Source: Eubacteriales bacterium
GTDB lineage: Bacteria > Bacillota > Clostridia > Oscillospirales > CAG-272
Direction: 5' to 3'
Assembly (NCBI GenBank): GCA_045658185.1
Contig: JAZOUQ010000072.1
Location: 1 to 45,946 of the forward strand
Length of the DNA: 45,946 nucleotides
Both the position numbers and the translations under genes were made by a program. Every line of letters begins with the position of its first letter. Positions within the stretch are counted from its first letter, which is position 1. Below the pieces are notes generated by a model. It had not been told where the DNA came from, ran no database searches, and was given only the letters and a program-made list of their open reading frames with translations. Positions 1-10,832 of this stretch are shown here, in pieces.

Positions 1-528
1 TATACGTTTACCAAGCTCAAAATAGTCGCCATGAGAATACGCCACCAGTCCTGCACGGTCAAGGCGGAGCTTTCCCTTTTCGTCTATAAGCGACTCGTCT
101 ACGTCAACGGCAACGATATCAGCAAGAAACATATGGTGTGAGCCTAAGGGAATGATGTCCGTAACACGACATTCCAGCGACAGCGGGCTTTCGGCTATCA
201 TAGGACAGCTCACGGTGGAGGCACTCTCTTTGGTCAGTCCGCACCTTTTGAACTTATCTACCTTTGCCCCCGTATACACCCCACACCAATCCGCACTTTT
301 AACAAGTGCCGAGGTAGTCAGATTTATAACGAATTCCCCGCTGTTCTTTATCATTTCGTAAGAATGGCGGGAGGGACGGACGGATATATAGGTCTTGGGC
401 GGAATGGTGTTTACGATTCCCGTCCAGGCTATCGTTATAATATTGTCTTTTTCTCCGTCCGAGCAGCTTACCATCGCAGGGGGGACGGGCGACAGAAGTG
501 CCCCGCCCTTCCATTTTATCTTTGCCAT
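1..528 (-). CDS. Flavin reductase family protein (flavoredoxin-like), 3' end runs off the window
   Basis: Not in the ORF track. Manual translation from ATG at 528 (RBS GGAGAG): MAKIKWKGGALLSPVPPAMVSC...NIITIAWTGIVNTIPPKTYISVRPSRHSYEMIKNSGEFVINL...DWCGVYTGAKVDKF...IAESPLSLECRV...LGSHHMFLADIV, typical of the flavin reductase-like family. Confidence 0.9.
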   Translation of the reverse strand, partial: MAKIKWKGGALLSPVPPAMVSCSDGEKDNIITIAWTGIVNTIPPKTYISVRPSRHSYEMIKNSGEFVINLTTSALVKSADWCGVYTGAKVDKFKRCGLTKESASTVSCPMIAESPLSLECRVTDIIPLGSHHMFLADIVAVDVDESLIDEKGKLRLDRAGLVAYSHGDYFELGKRI

Positions 529-564
529 ATATTTCTCTCCATATTATATTCAGGTGCTTGGTGT

Positions 565-1896
565 TTATTGCTTTGTAACCACCGAGCATTCGCGAATTCC
601 GTAATATTCAAATCGTTTTATCGCGTCCTCGTCTACAAGCTCGCCCGACACCAATATCGGCACGGCAGGTGGGCAGGACACGGTAGGTGCGGCAAGAACT
701 CTGCCAAGGCATTTTTCAATCGGCAAGACTTCCGACAATGACAGCATAGCTTTACGCACTGACATCACTCTTTTTGGGCGTGTGTAGTGGGGCTGCTGTC
801 TTTCTATTTTCTCTTTTTGGGGTATTGATAAAAGAACTTTTTCTATTCTTCGCATATCCTCTTCGCTATTGTCGGGGCTAAGCATAAGCACAAGGTTATC
901 TGCGTCACAAAATTCGCAGAAGATGCCGTTTTGCTCAAGTGCCGCCGCCATATCCGTACCCGTATATCCATACTCCTTTGCCAAAACAGACAGCTTCAGC
1001 GGTTCATTGTCTATAAGCGTATATCCGTTTGAGATAAGCCTTTCTTTTATAGCAGATATTCTCTGTATACATACCGAAAGCTCATTTCGATAATTATTAG
1101 CAAGATAAGGATTAAGTCGGTCCAGCGATTGAAGTATAAGATAAGACGGACTTGTCGAGCCAAACAGTGCCATTGCCCCCTTTGCATTTTCCGCAAAGAA
1201 GTCGGGTGCGTTTTTCGACACGTGAAGGTATGCCGCTCCCGTTACCGCGTGAAGCGTTTTGTGTGCCGAATCACAGCAAAGGTCTGCTCCAAGGTCTATC
1301 GGGTGACGGGATATGTCAAGAAATTTAAGATACGCTCCGTGAGCGTTATCTACAACCAATACCGTTCCATAATCGTGGCACACCTTGGCAATTCCCCGGG
1401 TATCGCAGACGTTTCCAAGATAGTCAGGGCTTGTCAGATAAACTGCCGCCACATGCCGCTCCGAGTTATCAAGCGATGCCCTTACGTCCTCTGCCGAAAC
1501 AGAGCAGGAAAGGTATCCGTCGGTGGACTTAGGCATCAGCCACTCCACGTCAAGGTCAAGCAAAGCCGCGGCTGAAAGAAAGGTCTTATGTGCGTTTCTG
1601 CCTGCCAAAACAAGCGGACGCTCCTCGCCCGAATATTTGGCACAAAGTGCCATCATTGCTCTTATACAAAGTGAAGACCCTTCGGTCGAATAAAATGTAT
1701 TCGCACCGAAGATCTCACCCGCATACCTCTCGCTCTCGGCTATAATGCCGTTTGCCTCGTAAAGGCTGTCCGCCCCCGTTATCTCGGTTATATCCAGCTT
1801 TTCCACGTCGCCATTTCCCTTGTGACCGGGCATATGGGCTCTTACCGTTTTCAGCTCGGCGTACCGAGCTACCATATCACATATGGGCGTTCTCAT
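565..1896 (-). CDS. PLP-dependent Orn/Lys/Arg decarboxylase family protein
   Basis: Motifs HMPGHKG, LDITEI, RNAHKT, LTSPDYLG, DNAHGA, DSAHKT (PLP lysine), STSPSY and PPAVP. Start moved to ATG at 1896, which overlaps the scfB stop (ATGA). Confidence 0.9.
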   Translation of the reverse strand: MRTPICDMVARYAELKTVRAHMPGHKGNGDVEKLDITEITGADSLYEANGIIAESERYAGEIFGANTFYSTEGSSLCIRAMMALCAKYSGEERPLVLAGRNAHKTFLSAAALLDLDVEWLMPKSTDGYLSCSVSAEDVRASLDNSERHVAAVYLTSPDYLGNVCDTRGIAKVCHDYGTVLVVDNAHGAYLKFLDISRHPIDLGADLCCDSAHKTLHAVTGAAYLHVSKNAPDFFAENAKGAMALFGSTSPSYLILQSLDRLNPYLANNYRNELSVCIQRISAIKERLISNGYTLIDNEPLKLSVLAKEYGYTGTDMAAALEQNGIFCEFCDADNLVLMLSPDNSEEDMRRIEKVLLSIPQKEKIERQQPHYTRPKRVMSVRKAMLSLSEVLPIEKCLGRVLAAPTVSCPPAVPILVSGELVDEDAIKRFEYYGIRECSVVTKQ

Positions 1897-3278
1897 TTCT
1901 TTGCTCTCAAAGTACGGGCGATAGCAACCATTATGGCACATTCCATTCTCTTGCGGAAAAGGTCACAGCCGTCCTTGTAAACACCCTTGACAGATCCCGT
2001 TGCGTGGTATGCGTTTGCGGCACATCCGCCCGAGCAGTAAAGTCTTGCCCAACAGTCGCGGCACTCCTCACGGGCATACACGTTACAGCACTCGAATTCT
2101 TCCTGAATAGCAGTATTATTTACTCCGTCCCATACGTTACCCAAAAGGAATTTATCCTCTCCAACGAATTGGTGGCAGGGGTAAAGGTCGCCCCAAGGGG
2201 TAACCGCCATATATTCCGTTCCCGAGCCACAGCCCGAGATACGCTTGTATATACAAGGTCCTCCCGTCAGGTCTATCATATAGTGATAGAAGGTAAAGGG
2301 CTTGCCCTCCTCGTCACGCTGGAGCATAAGCTCCGCGAGCTTCTCGTACTGATCAAGAACGATAGCCTTGTCCTCCTCGGTGAGAGCAGATGGGTCGTCT
2401 GCGGCACAGACAACGGGCTCCATACTAAGCTCGTTAAAGCCAAGGTCAAGCATCTGTTGAATATCCTTAAGAAAATCGGGGTTAGCGTGGGTGAACGTAC
2501 CTCTCATATAGTAGTTCTTTCCCTCTCTCGCCTCGACTAAGCGTTGGAACTTGGGAACTATTCTATCGAAGCTTCCGTTACCTGCATAGTCAACGCGGAA
2601 GCGGTCGTGTATCTCCTTGCGTCCGTCAAGGCTAAGCACTACGTTGGCACATTCCTTGTTTGCAAACTCAATAACGTCGTCGTCGATAAGCAGACCGTTG
2701 GTGGTAAGTGTAAAGCGGAAATTCTTATTCGCTTCCTTCTCGATGCTTCTCGCATAAGCCACAAGCTGCTTAACAACGTCAAAATTCATAAGAGGCTCTC
2801 CGCCAAAAAAGTCCACCTCAAGATTGCGGCGGCTTCCCGAATTGGCAACGAGAAAATCAAGTGCCGCCTTTCCCACCTCAAAGCTCATAACGGCACGGTC
2901 ACCGTGGTACTTACCCTGACTTGCAAAGCAGTAAGAGCAGTTGAGGTTACATGTGTGTGCGATATGCAGACAGAGTGCCTTGACAACACCCGATGTCTTT
3001 TTCTTCAGGTGTCCCGCCTTGTCCTCAAAGGTGTCGGGGGCAAACAGCTTCCCCGCCTCCTTGAGAGCCGTAACCTGCTCGTAGCATTCCTCAATATCCT
3101 GTGCCGTTACGTCCTCTCGGTCAGCATATTTTTTTACCATCTCGGCAATTATCGCCTCCCGGCTCTTGCTCTCATAATCGGCAATTATATCGTACGCCAC
3201 CTCGTCAACTACGTGAACACCGCCCGAGCAGACGTCAAGCACGATATTATAACCGCCAAGCTTATACTGATGTATCAT
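1893..3278 (-). CDS. scfB: SCIFF ranthipeptide radical SAM maturase (thioether cross-link forming)
   Basis: CNLNCSYC radical SAM motif, DFFGGEP, SPASM cysteines (CIYKRISGCGSG, YPCHQF, CRDCWARLYCSGGCAAN, C), N-terminal RRE-like region, adjacent to the SCIFF precursor. Confidence 0.95.
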   Translation of the reverse strand: MIHQYKLGGYNIVLDVCSGGVHVVDEVAYDIIADYESKSREAIIAEMVKKYADREDVTAQDIEECYEQVTALKEAGKLFAPDTFEDKAGHLKKKTSGVVKALCLHIAHTCNLNCSYCFASQGKYHGDRAVMSFEVGKAALDFLVANSGSRRNLEVDFFGGEPLMNFDVVKQLVAYARSIEKEANKNFRFTLTTNGLLIDDDVIEFANKECANVVLSLDGRKEIHDRFRVDYAGNGSFDRIVPKFQRLVEAREGKNYYMRGTFTHANPDFLKDIQQMLDLGFNELSMEPVVCAADDPSALTEEDKAIVLDQYEKLAELMLQRDEEGKPFTFYHYMIDLTGGPCIYKRISGCGSGTEYMAVTPWGDLYPCHQFVGEDKFLLGNVWDGVNNTAIQEEFECCNVYAREECRDCWARLYCSGGCAANAYHATGSVKGVYKDGCDLFRKRMECAIMVAIARTLRAKK

Positions 3279-3297
3279 AAAAACTCCTTCAAATCAC

Positions 3298-3327
3298 AAA
3301 AATGCCGCCGTTATCGGCGGCATTTTT
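3298..3327 (-). terminator. Hairpin between scfA and scfB
   Basis: AAAAATGCCGCCG-TTAT-CGGCGGCATTTTT perfect stem. Confidence 0.7.
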
Positions 3328-3334
3328 TAGTTAA

Positions 3335-3481
3335 TTACTTATTTTCGTTCTCGCACTGCTGATTAGCGATACCGCAGCTGGTCTTGCAAGCAGACTGACA
3401 AGAAGTCTGGCACTCACCGCAGCCACCGTTCTTTGCACTGTCGCAAAGGTTACGAGTTTCGATAGTTTCGATGTGTTTCAT
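3335..3481 (-). CDS. scfA: SCIFF (six-cysteine) ranthipeptide precursor, 48 aa
   Basis: Below the ORF-track cutoff. Translates as MKHIETIETRNLCDSAKNGGCGECQTSCQSACKTSCGIANQQCENENK with the hallmark GGCGECQTSCQSACKTSC; RBS GGAGG upstream. Confidence 0.97.
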   Translation of the reverse strand: MKHIETIETRNLCDSAKNGGCGECQTSCQSACKTSCGIANQQCENENK

Positions 3482-3517
3482 ATTGATAACCTCCGTTAAT
3501 ATCTAATTAATATAAAC

Positions 3518-3546
3518 ATTATATCACTTTATTCTCTCAAAGTCAA
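3518..3546 (-). promoter_or_regulatory. sigma-A promoter of the scfA operon
   Basis: TTGACT-17 bp-TATAAT on the minus strand with an extended -10 TG. Confidence 0.7.
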
Positions 3547-3650
3547 TAGACTTAAAAAAATCCCTTGAATTTTTTTCTACATTGTTGAACATTAAGTGCT
3601 TTTTCGTGGTATAATAGTATATCATCACTTTAAAAAAAGGAGAAGACATT

Positions 3651-3854
3651 ATGCAATACGTAGTTTTACAGGTAACACTTAAGGAGAAATTTCTCGGAAC
3701 GGGTTCGCGAAATCTGGGACAGCTTGAAGCGGTCATAAACGAGCAGGCGGCAAAGGGATACAGACTGCACACCATCTCCACCGCATCCGCTACCAGCACG
3801 GGCTTTGGCGGTGGCGACAGAATTCAAGCTACGATGGTATTTGAAAAGCTGTAA
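3651..3854 (+). CDS. Small DUF4177-like protein
   Basis: MQYVVLQVTLKEKFLGTGS...LEAVINEQAAKGYRLHTIS...TMVFEK resembles DUF4177; RBS AAGGAG. Confidence 0.7.
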   Translation: MQYVVLQVTLKEKFLGTGSRNLGQLEAVINEQAAKGYRLHTISTASATSTGFGGGDRIQATMVFEKL

Positions 3855-3871
3855 TGAATATTTGGGCGGAG

Positions 3872-5212
3872 TTATCTCCGCCCAATATCATTTATAAAAA
3901 GATCCGTTTCATGCTTTACCTCTTTCCACATAGCGGCAATGACCGACAGATTTATCACGGTCATAATTCCCATAGCAAGATCGGAAAGCAGCCACACGGT
4001 ATCCGAGGAGGCAATACAGCCTAATATCACACATACGCAATACGCAACGGAGAAAGAAAGTGTCAGCCATTTGCTTTTGCCAAAATAGGCTACGCACACC
4101 TTTCCATAGTGAGCCCAACACATTATGGTCGCCGCACCGAAGAAAAATACGGAAACGGCAAGAAAAACCGAAGCATATCCTCCAAGCACCGAGGCATATG
4201 ACGCCACCGTCATCATCATAAAGTTCCCAGTATACGCAACTGCGTCGGCGTAGTTCAGGATGACACACAATGCGGTCATTGTGCAAAGCACTACCGTATC
4301 GGCAAATACCTCGAATATCCCCCACATTCCCTGCTTTGCGGGAACATTGCAATCGGAAATTGCGTGGGCGGCAGGGGCTGTACCGCAGCCCGCCTCGTTT
4401 GATACAAGTCCACGCATTACCCCGTATCTTATCGCCGACATAAAAGCATACCCTCCAACACCCGACACGGCACTCTCGGTGGAAAATGCTGAAGAAAATA
4501 TCAATGAAAAGGCATTTGCAAGTCCCTCCCGTCTTAATATTATCACGCTGAGCGACATAACGATATATCCAAGCGACATCAATGGGACGAGATATTCGGT
4601 AAGTGTGGCAAGTCCCGCACTGCTCTTCATTACCGAAACAAGGGCAACCAAAAGAAGAACTATCCCCACAACAGGTATGGGAACATCAAACACTCCTCCC
4701 AGTGCCTCAGAAATGGCATTTGCCTGAAGCATACTTCCCATAGTCAAGGCATTGACAAGAAAGGCGGCGGCAAATATGCAGGACACCACCCGTGCCGTGC
4801 CTTTCAGCCTTCGAGAGAGAAAAAATGCGGATATATAATCCATAGCCGAGCCGTGCGGTCTGCCCTTGGCGTCAAATCCGCGGTAACGCATAGCAAGAAC
4901 GATTTCCGCATATTTAAGTATCATAGCCACCAAAGCACTTATCCACATCCAAAAGACCGCACCGAAGCCGCCAAGACAGATGGCTGAGGATACCCCCACG
5001 ATATTACCGACTCCCAGCGTTCCCGCAAGGGCGAGGGACACCGCCTTTGCCGAGGATACGCCTCCACCTCTTTCCTCGGAACGCATTCCCCCGACAACGG
5101 TATGCGGTTTGAGAATATAAAAAAATTTAAGCTTCCAGCCATAAAATACTCCAACCAATATCAGCATCAGCGGAACTATTATACCCGATAAGACCGCGTT
5201 TATCCTTTCCAA
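3872..5212 (-). CDS. Alanine/glycine:cation symporter (AGCS family)
   Basis: ALAGTLGVGNIVGV, GGFGAVFWMW, RYGVMRGLVSNEAGCGT and QGMWGIFEVFADT motifs; probable TTG start at 5212 after a GGGGAG RBS. Confidence 0.9.
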   Translation of the reverse strand: MERINAVLSGIIVPLMLILVGVFYGWKLKFFYILKPHTVVGGMRSEERGGGVSSAKAVSLALAGTLGVGNIVGVSSAICLGGFGAVFWMWISALVAMILKYAEIVLAMRYRGFDAKGRPHGSAMDYISAFFLSRRLKGTARVVSCIFAAAFLVNALTMGSMLQANAISEALGGVFDVPIPVVGIVLLLVALVSVMKSSAGLATLTEYLVPLMSLGYIVMSLSVIILRREGLANAFSLIFSSAFSTESAVSGVGGYAFMSAIRYGVMRGLVSNEAGCGTAPAAHAISDCNVPAKQGMWGIFEVFADTVVLCTMTALCVILNYADAVAYTGNFMMMTVASYASVLGGYASVFLAVSVFFFGAATIMCWAHYGKVCVAYFGKSKWLTLSFSVAYCVCVILGCIASSDTVWLLSDLAMGIMTVINLSVIAAMWKEVKHETDLFINDIGRR

Positions 5213-5339
5213 TCCGCTCCCCCCTTCACCAAAATTCGACGGCAAATACTTATTTAGCACTCATAAATGTTAAATAAATGTTAAATACTTTATCAAACAC
5301 TTGATTTTTCTAAAATTTGGTGTAAAATATGTTTATGGT

Positions 5340-5366
5340 TTAGCACTCATAAGTTTCGAGTGCCAA
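5340..5366 (+). promoter_or_regulatory. CIRCE operator (HrcA site)
   Basis: TTAGCACTC-N9-GAGTGCCAA, one mismatch to consensus, between a TTGATT/TAAAAT promoter and groES. Confidence 0.93.
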
Positions 5367-5415
5367 CCGTTAAAAAACTGAAGATATTAATTTTTATTAT
5401 ACGGAGGAACAAAAA

Positions 5416-7370
<1,955 letters not shown>

Positions 7371-7387
7371 TCCCTTAAAAAACAGAA

Positions 7388-7416
7388 AAACGGCTGAGTC
7401 AATGACTCAGCCGTTT
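7388..7416. terminator. Bidirectional terminator, GGCTGAGTC family copy 1
   Basis: AAACGGCTGAGTC-AAT-GACTCAGCCGTTT between convergent genes. Confidence 0.85.
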
Positions 7417-7427
7417 ATTTTTATCTC

Positions 7428-8213
7428 TCAGGTTATATCTTTTCTTGTATACTTCCAATATGCGGCGGCGATGCCAATGGCGTTTATTATCAAGCCTACC
7501 GCAAGATATTTTATCTCCAAAGCCCCCTCGGGGACTATATAAGAGCCGTCGGTGTAGCCGAACGGTGTAACGAATTTGAGAAATTCCAAGTCCTCGGTAA
7601 GATTTGACACTATGTTGATAAAGTAGGTAGCAAATACGAATCCGATTGCCACTCCAAGTGAGCCACGACGCATAAATGCAGACACGCCGAAGGACACCGC
7701 GGCTATTTCAAGTTGAAGAACAAGATAAGCAAGAAAAATCAGTGCAAGTACCGACACGTCAGCTTCTACGCCTACCGCAAATACGCACACAGCCGTAACC
7801 GCAATTACCGCCACGTTGAGCAAACAAACCTGAATGAGCGTTGCGATCAACTTCTCCGTCACTATTCTCTTTCGAGAAAGCGGGTGGGTGAGCAAAAACT
7901 CCGCGGTATGCTCTTTTTCTTCCTTTGCGAGGGCAGACACTCCCGTAATAGCGGCAAACAACGCACCGCCAAGTCCAAGCACGTTTCCGCACTCAACAGC
8001 AAAGTATCCAATAAATTCTCCAAAGTTAAGCTGATCCATACCGAAAGCACTTGAAAACGCTCCCATCTCGGAAAACATTGCACTGACCTCATTCATCTGC
8101 GTTGACATCTCGGGATATATTATTACACACACGCCCAACATAAAGGAAATGGCACAGCTCCATATTATAATAGCCGTTCTGTTCAAACGAAGCTCGTGAA
8201 GCAAAAGCGTCAT
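7428..8213 (-). CDS. ABC-2 type transporter permease
   Basis: Multiple TM segments and a KEEKEHTAEFLLTHPLSRKRIVTEK motif; start placed at MTLLLHEL directly after the ATPase. Confidence 0.88.
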   Translation of the reverse strand: MTLLLHELRLNRTAIIIWSCAISFMLGVCVIIYPEMSTQMNEVSAMFSEMGAFSSAFGMDQLNFGEFIGYFAVECGNVLGLGGALFAAITGVSALAKEEKEHTAEFLLTHPLSRKRIVTEKLIATLIQVCLLNVAVIAVTAVCVFAVGVEADVSVLALIFLAYLVLQLEIAAVSFGVSAFMRRGSLGVAIGFVFATYFINIVSNLTEDLEFLKFVTPFGYTDGSYIVPEGALEIKYLAVGLIINAIGIAAAYWKYTRKDIT

Positions 8214-8214
8214 A

Positions 8215-9090
8215 TCAGTTTTCCTCCTTTGCGTAATAGTGCATAAACACCTGGTCAAGGTCGGGGTCGCATATACTGACATCCTCAAAATTAAATCGGC
8301 ACAGCTCCCTTGTCAGCTCGGTCGCCTTTCCGCTGTACAGAAAGTTCACCGTATCGTTTTCTATCTTAACGTCCTTTGCATCACTTATATTCGGAACACC
8401 GTCAACACCTTTAAGTGTAACACGCTTGACACCCGTATGTCCCAAATTCTTCACGCTGTCGGACACCAATATCCGTCCCTCTCTTATAACCGCGGCACTC
8501 TTGCAGTAGCGTCCTATCTCGGAGAGAACGTGAGAGGAGAGAAAAACGGTCGCTCCCTCGTTGTTGCGTTCCTTGAGTATGGTATAAAACTCCTTTTGCA
8601 TAAGCGGGTCAAGACCGCTTGTAGGCTCGTCGAGAATATACAGCCTTGGCTTGTGCTGTAACGCACAGACTATGCCAACCTTTTTGCGATTACCCAGAGA
8701 AAGCTGACTTATCTTTTTTGAGGTGTCAAGCTCAAGTCGGTCGCAAAGGCTTTTCGCCTCTGCCTTGCAGTCTACCCCTCTCATTTTTGCAGAAAATCCG
8801 ATAAGCTCACCGACCCTCATACCGCTGTAAAACGCAGCCTCCGAGGGCAGATACCCCACGTCTTTTAATATCTCTGTCTTATCCTTTACAATATCCTTAC
8901 CAAGCACCGAGGCACTTCCGTTAGTGGGAGATATAAGTCCCAGAAGAGTTCGGATAAGCGTACTTTTTCCCGCTCCGTTAGGACCTATGAAACCAAAAAG
9001 GTCACCCTCCGCGACAGACAGCGTAACGTCAACGATACCCCTTGAGCTACCGTAATATTTAGTAAGATCTTTTGTTTCTATAACGTTCAT
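8215..9090 (-). CDS. ABC transporter ATP-binding protein
   Basis: Walker A GPNGAGKST, signature LSLGN, Walker B ILDEPTSGLD, H-loop SSH. Confidence 0.95.
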   Translation of the reverse strand: MNVIETKDLTKYYGSSRGIVDVTLSVAEGDLFGFIGPNGAGKSTLIRTLLGLISPTNGSASVLGKDIVKDKTEILKDVGYLPSEAAFYSGMRVGELIGFSAKMRGVDCKAEAKSLCDRLELDTSKKISQLSLGNRKKVGIVCALQHKPRLYILDEPTSGLDPLMQKEFYTILKERNNEGATVFLSSHVLSEIGRYCKSAAVIREGRILVSDSVKNLGHTGVKRVTLKGVDGVPNISDAKDVKIENDTVNFLYSGKATELTRELCRFNFEDVSICDPDLDQVFMHYYAKEEN

Positions 9091-9099
9091 AGATACCTC

Positions 9100-10203
9100 T
9101 TATTCAGCGATTTCCGCAGATATTCTGTCGTATATCCACCTGAGCTGCTGTTCGTTCTTCAATCCTATGACCACCTTTTCCTCTCCAACGGTCAGTACCA
9201 CGCAAGGGTCATCTCCCGTATAGGTGTATCTTGTGTATGCTCCGAATTCCTCGTTTGAAAACCTTCCAAGCAGCAATCTCGCCGAGCCAAATCCGTATAT
9301 TCTCTGCCCGTCAACCCCCTCTTCACGGTACTCTATGGCATCTATATCCTCGTAATTCAAGGTAAGGTCGTCTGTAAAGCTTGCTTTTACCGTCATAGAG
9401 GTGTCGCCAAGGGTTGCGTCAATATCTCCCGTGAACATAGTAACGCACAGCAATACAGCCAACACTATAACGATTACCACGGTGATTATAATAAAGAGCT
9501 TTTTGTTCTTTATTACCTCAACGTATCCCCTTTTGTAATCCTCCTTGGTTGCTCTACCATCGACAAGCTGCTTTTTGTAAAAGCGATAGGAATATACTGT
9601 AGGAGTAACTATGCAAACAAGTATAAGTGCGATAGCAACAACGGGAAATACGTTTTGAGGCAGCGGCATTGCCAACAGACACACAAAGCCCATAACGACG
9701 TACAGCTTTCCTGCAAATCTGTGAGTTGCGTTCCAGTTTTCGTCGTTGGACATCGTCCACTTTATTTTTATACCCATACTTGGATTGCGTGTTGTTTTGG
9801 GCATATAATTTCCGATAACGACGAAAGCCACACCCAATATGAGGTAAACGAACGCCTGAACATTTGCGGTATGCCCCATCGCGGTCGCCAACATTACACC
9901 GTGACAAGTCAAAGATATAAATGGTATTATCCAAAAGGTCAGCTTAACCATTTTATTATTCTGCGGTTGGTTTTTATTAATAGCCGCAGAAATAAGCATA
10001 CATATCCAATGTACAGCCAACAGCACAAATGGTAGTATTAAAAATATTTTTGTGGGACTTGCCCAGCCGTCAGGATTTCCGTCAAATCCCCAGTGAACGA
10101 TTATTCTTTCGGGGAGTATCTTTTCGGCAAACAATCCTACGAGCGTGGGGAGCAAAATGATTATTGAAGATATTATAAGTTTCCATTTATTGTTCTTGAT
10201 CAT
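9100..10203 (-). CDS. sdpI: SdpI family membrane immunity protein (DUF1648 + SdpI + C-terminal PH-like domain)
   Basis: LPERIIVHWGFDGNPDGW, GNYMPKTTRNPSMGIKIKWTMSNDENWNATHRFAGK; lies downstream of an sdpR-like gene. Confidence 0.85.
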   Translation of the reverse strand: MIKNNKWKLIISSIIILLPTLVGLFAEKILPERIIVHWGFDGNPDGWASPTKIFLILPFVLLAVHWICMLISAAINKNQPQNNKMVKLTFWIIPFISLTCHGVMLATAMGHTANVQAFVYLILGVAFVVIGNYMPKTTRNPSMGIKIKWTMSNDENWNATHRFAGKLYVVMGFVCLLAMPLPQNVFPVVAIALILVCIVTPTVYSYRFYKKQLVDGRATKEDYKRGYVEVIKNKKLFIIITVVIVIVLAVLLCVTMFTGDIDATLGDTSMTVKASFTDDLTLNYEDIDAIEYREEGVDGQRIYGFGSARLLLGRFSNEEFGAYTRYTYTGDDPCVVLTVGEEKVVIGLKNEQQLRWIYDRISAEIAE

Positions 10204-10471
10204 TTGTGTTTTCTCCTTTCAGGTCGGCTATCCAAAGCATTATTTCCTCAAGAACCGAGGCGTTAAGCTCGTAATAAATATATTTCCCCTCTCTCTTGTC
10301 CCTTATGAGGTCTGCGTCCTTCAACACCGAAAGGTGTCTTGAAATGGACGCTCCAGTTACCTCAAAGCGGTCAACTATATCTCCCGCAGACATTCTTCCC
10401 TGCTTTAGAAGATTGAGTATTTCCCTGCGTATCGGGTCGGAGAGAGCTTTCAGGGTGTTTTGAATTCCCAT
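10187..10471 (-). CDS. sdpR: ArsR-family autorepressor SdpR
   Basis: LKALSDPIRREILNLL...SISRHLSVLKDADLIRDKREGKYIYYELNASVLEE; overlaps the sdpI start. Confidence 0.88.
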   Translation of the reverse strand: MGIQNTLKALSDPIRREILNLLKQGRMSAGDIVDRFEVTGASISRHLSVLKDADLIRDKREGKYIYYELNASVLEEIMLWIADLKGENTNDQEQ

Positions 10472-10491
10472 TTTTTACGCTCCTTTATTTA

Positions 10492-10544
10492 ACATTTAAC
10501 CTAATTGTTAAATGTATTATATCACAGTTACAGTGCTTTGTCAA
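10492..10544 (-). promoter_or_regulatory. sdpR promoter and palindromic operator
   Basis: TTGACA-17-TATAAT (10544-10516), immediately followed by the inverted repeat ACATTTAAC-N6-GTTAAATGT (10492-10515). Confidence 0.8.
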
Positions 10545-10584
10545 GCAAAGCTTTAAAATTTTCTACACAATTCTAACATATTGG

Positions 10585-10742
10585 AATTTTTGGGGTAGCG
10601 GTCCCCAAAAATTAGCGGCAGCAAATCTACAAATCACAGCACAGACTGTATCTTTCAGTTGAGCCCTTCTTGTCCGTAAAGTTTTTGGTGCTACCTTTTT
10701 TTTCAAAAAGGTAGCGAAAACGCGTCCCCCACCGCAAATCTA
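10585..10742. repeat. REP/MITE-like palindromic intergenic element
   Basis: Hairpins AATTTTTGGGG-N7-CCCCAAAAATT and GCTACCTTTTT...AAAAAGGTAGC, plus direct repeat GCAAATCTA at 10621 and 10734. Confidence 0.45.
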
Positions 10743-10748
10743 TTCTTC

Positions 10749-10787
10749 TGGCACAAGGTGGCACACCTTGACACTGTTTGGCACAAG
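10749..10787 (+). promoter_or_regulatory. Four 10-bp-phased TG(G/A)CAC direct repeats upstream of an extended -10
   Basis: TGGCACAAGG TGGCACACCT TGACACTGTT TGGCACAAG at 10749, 10759, 10769 and 10779, followed by TGATATTAT. Confidence 0.65.
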
Positions 10788-10832
10788 TTTATATGATATT
10801 ATATGTGTGAGATCCAAAGGAAAGGAGGAAAA

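Noticed and set aside
10749-10790. TGGCAC as a sigma-54 -24 element
   Set aside because: No correctly spaced TTGC -12 box; four phased copies fit activator binding better.
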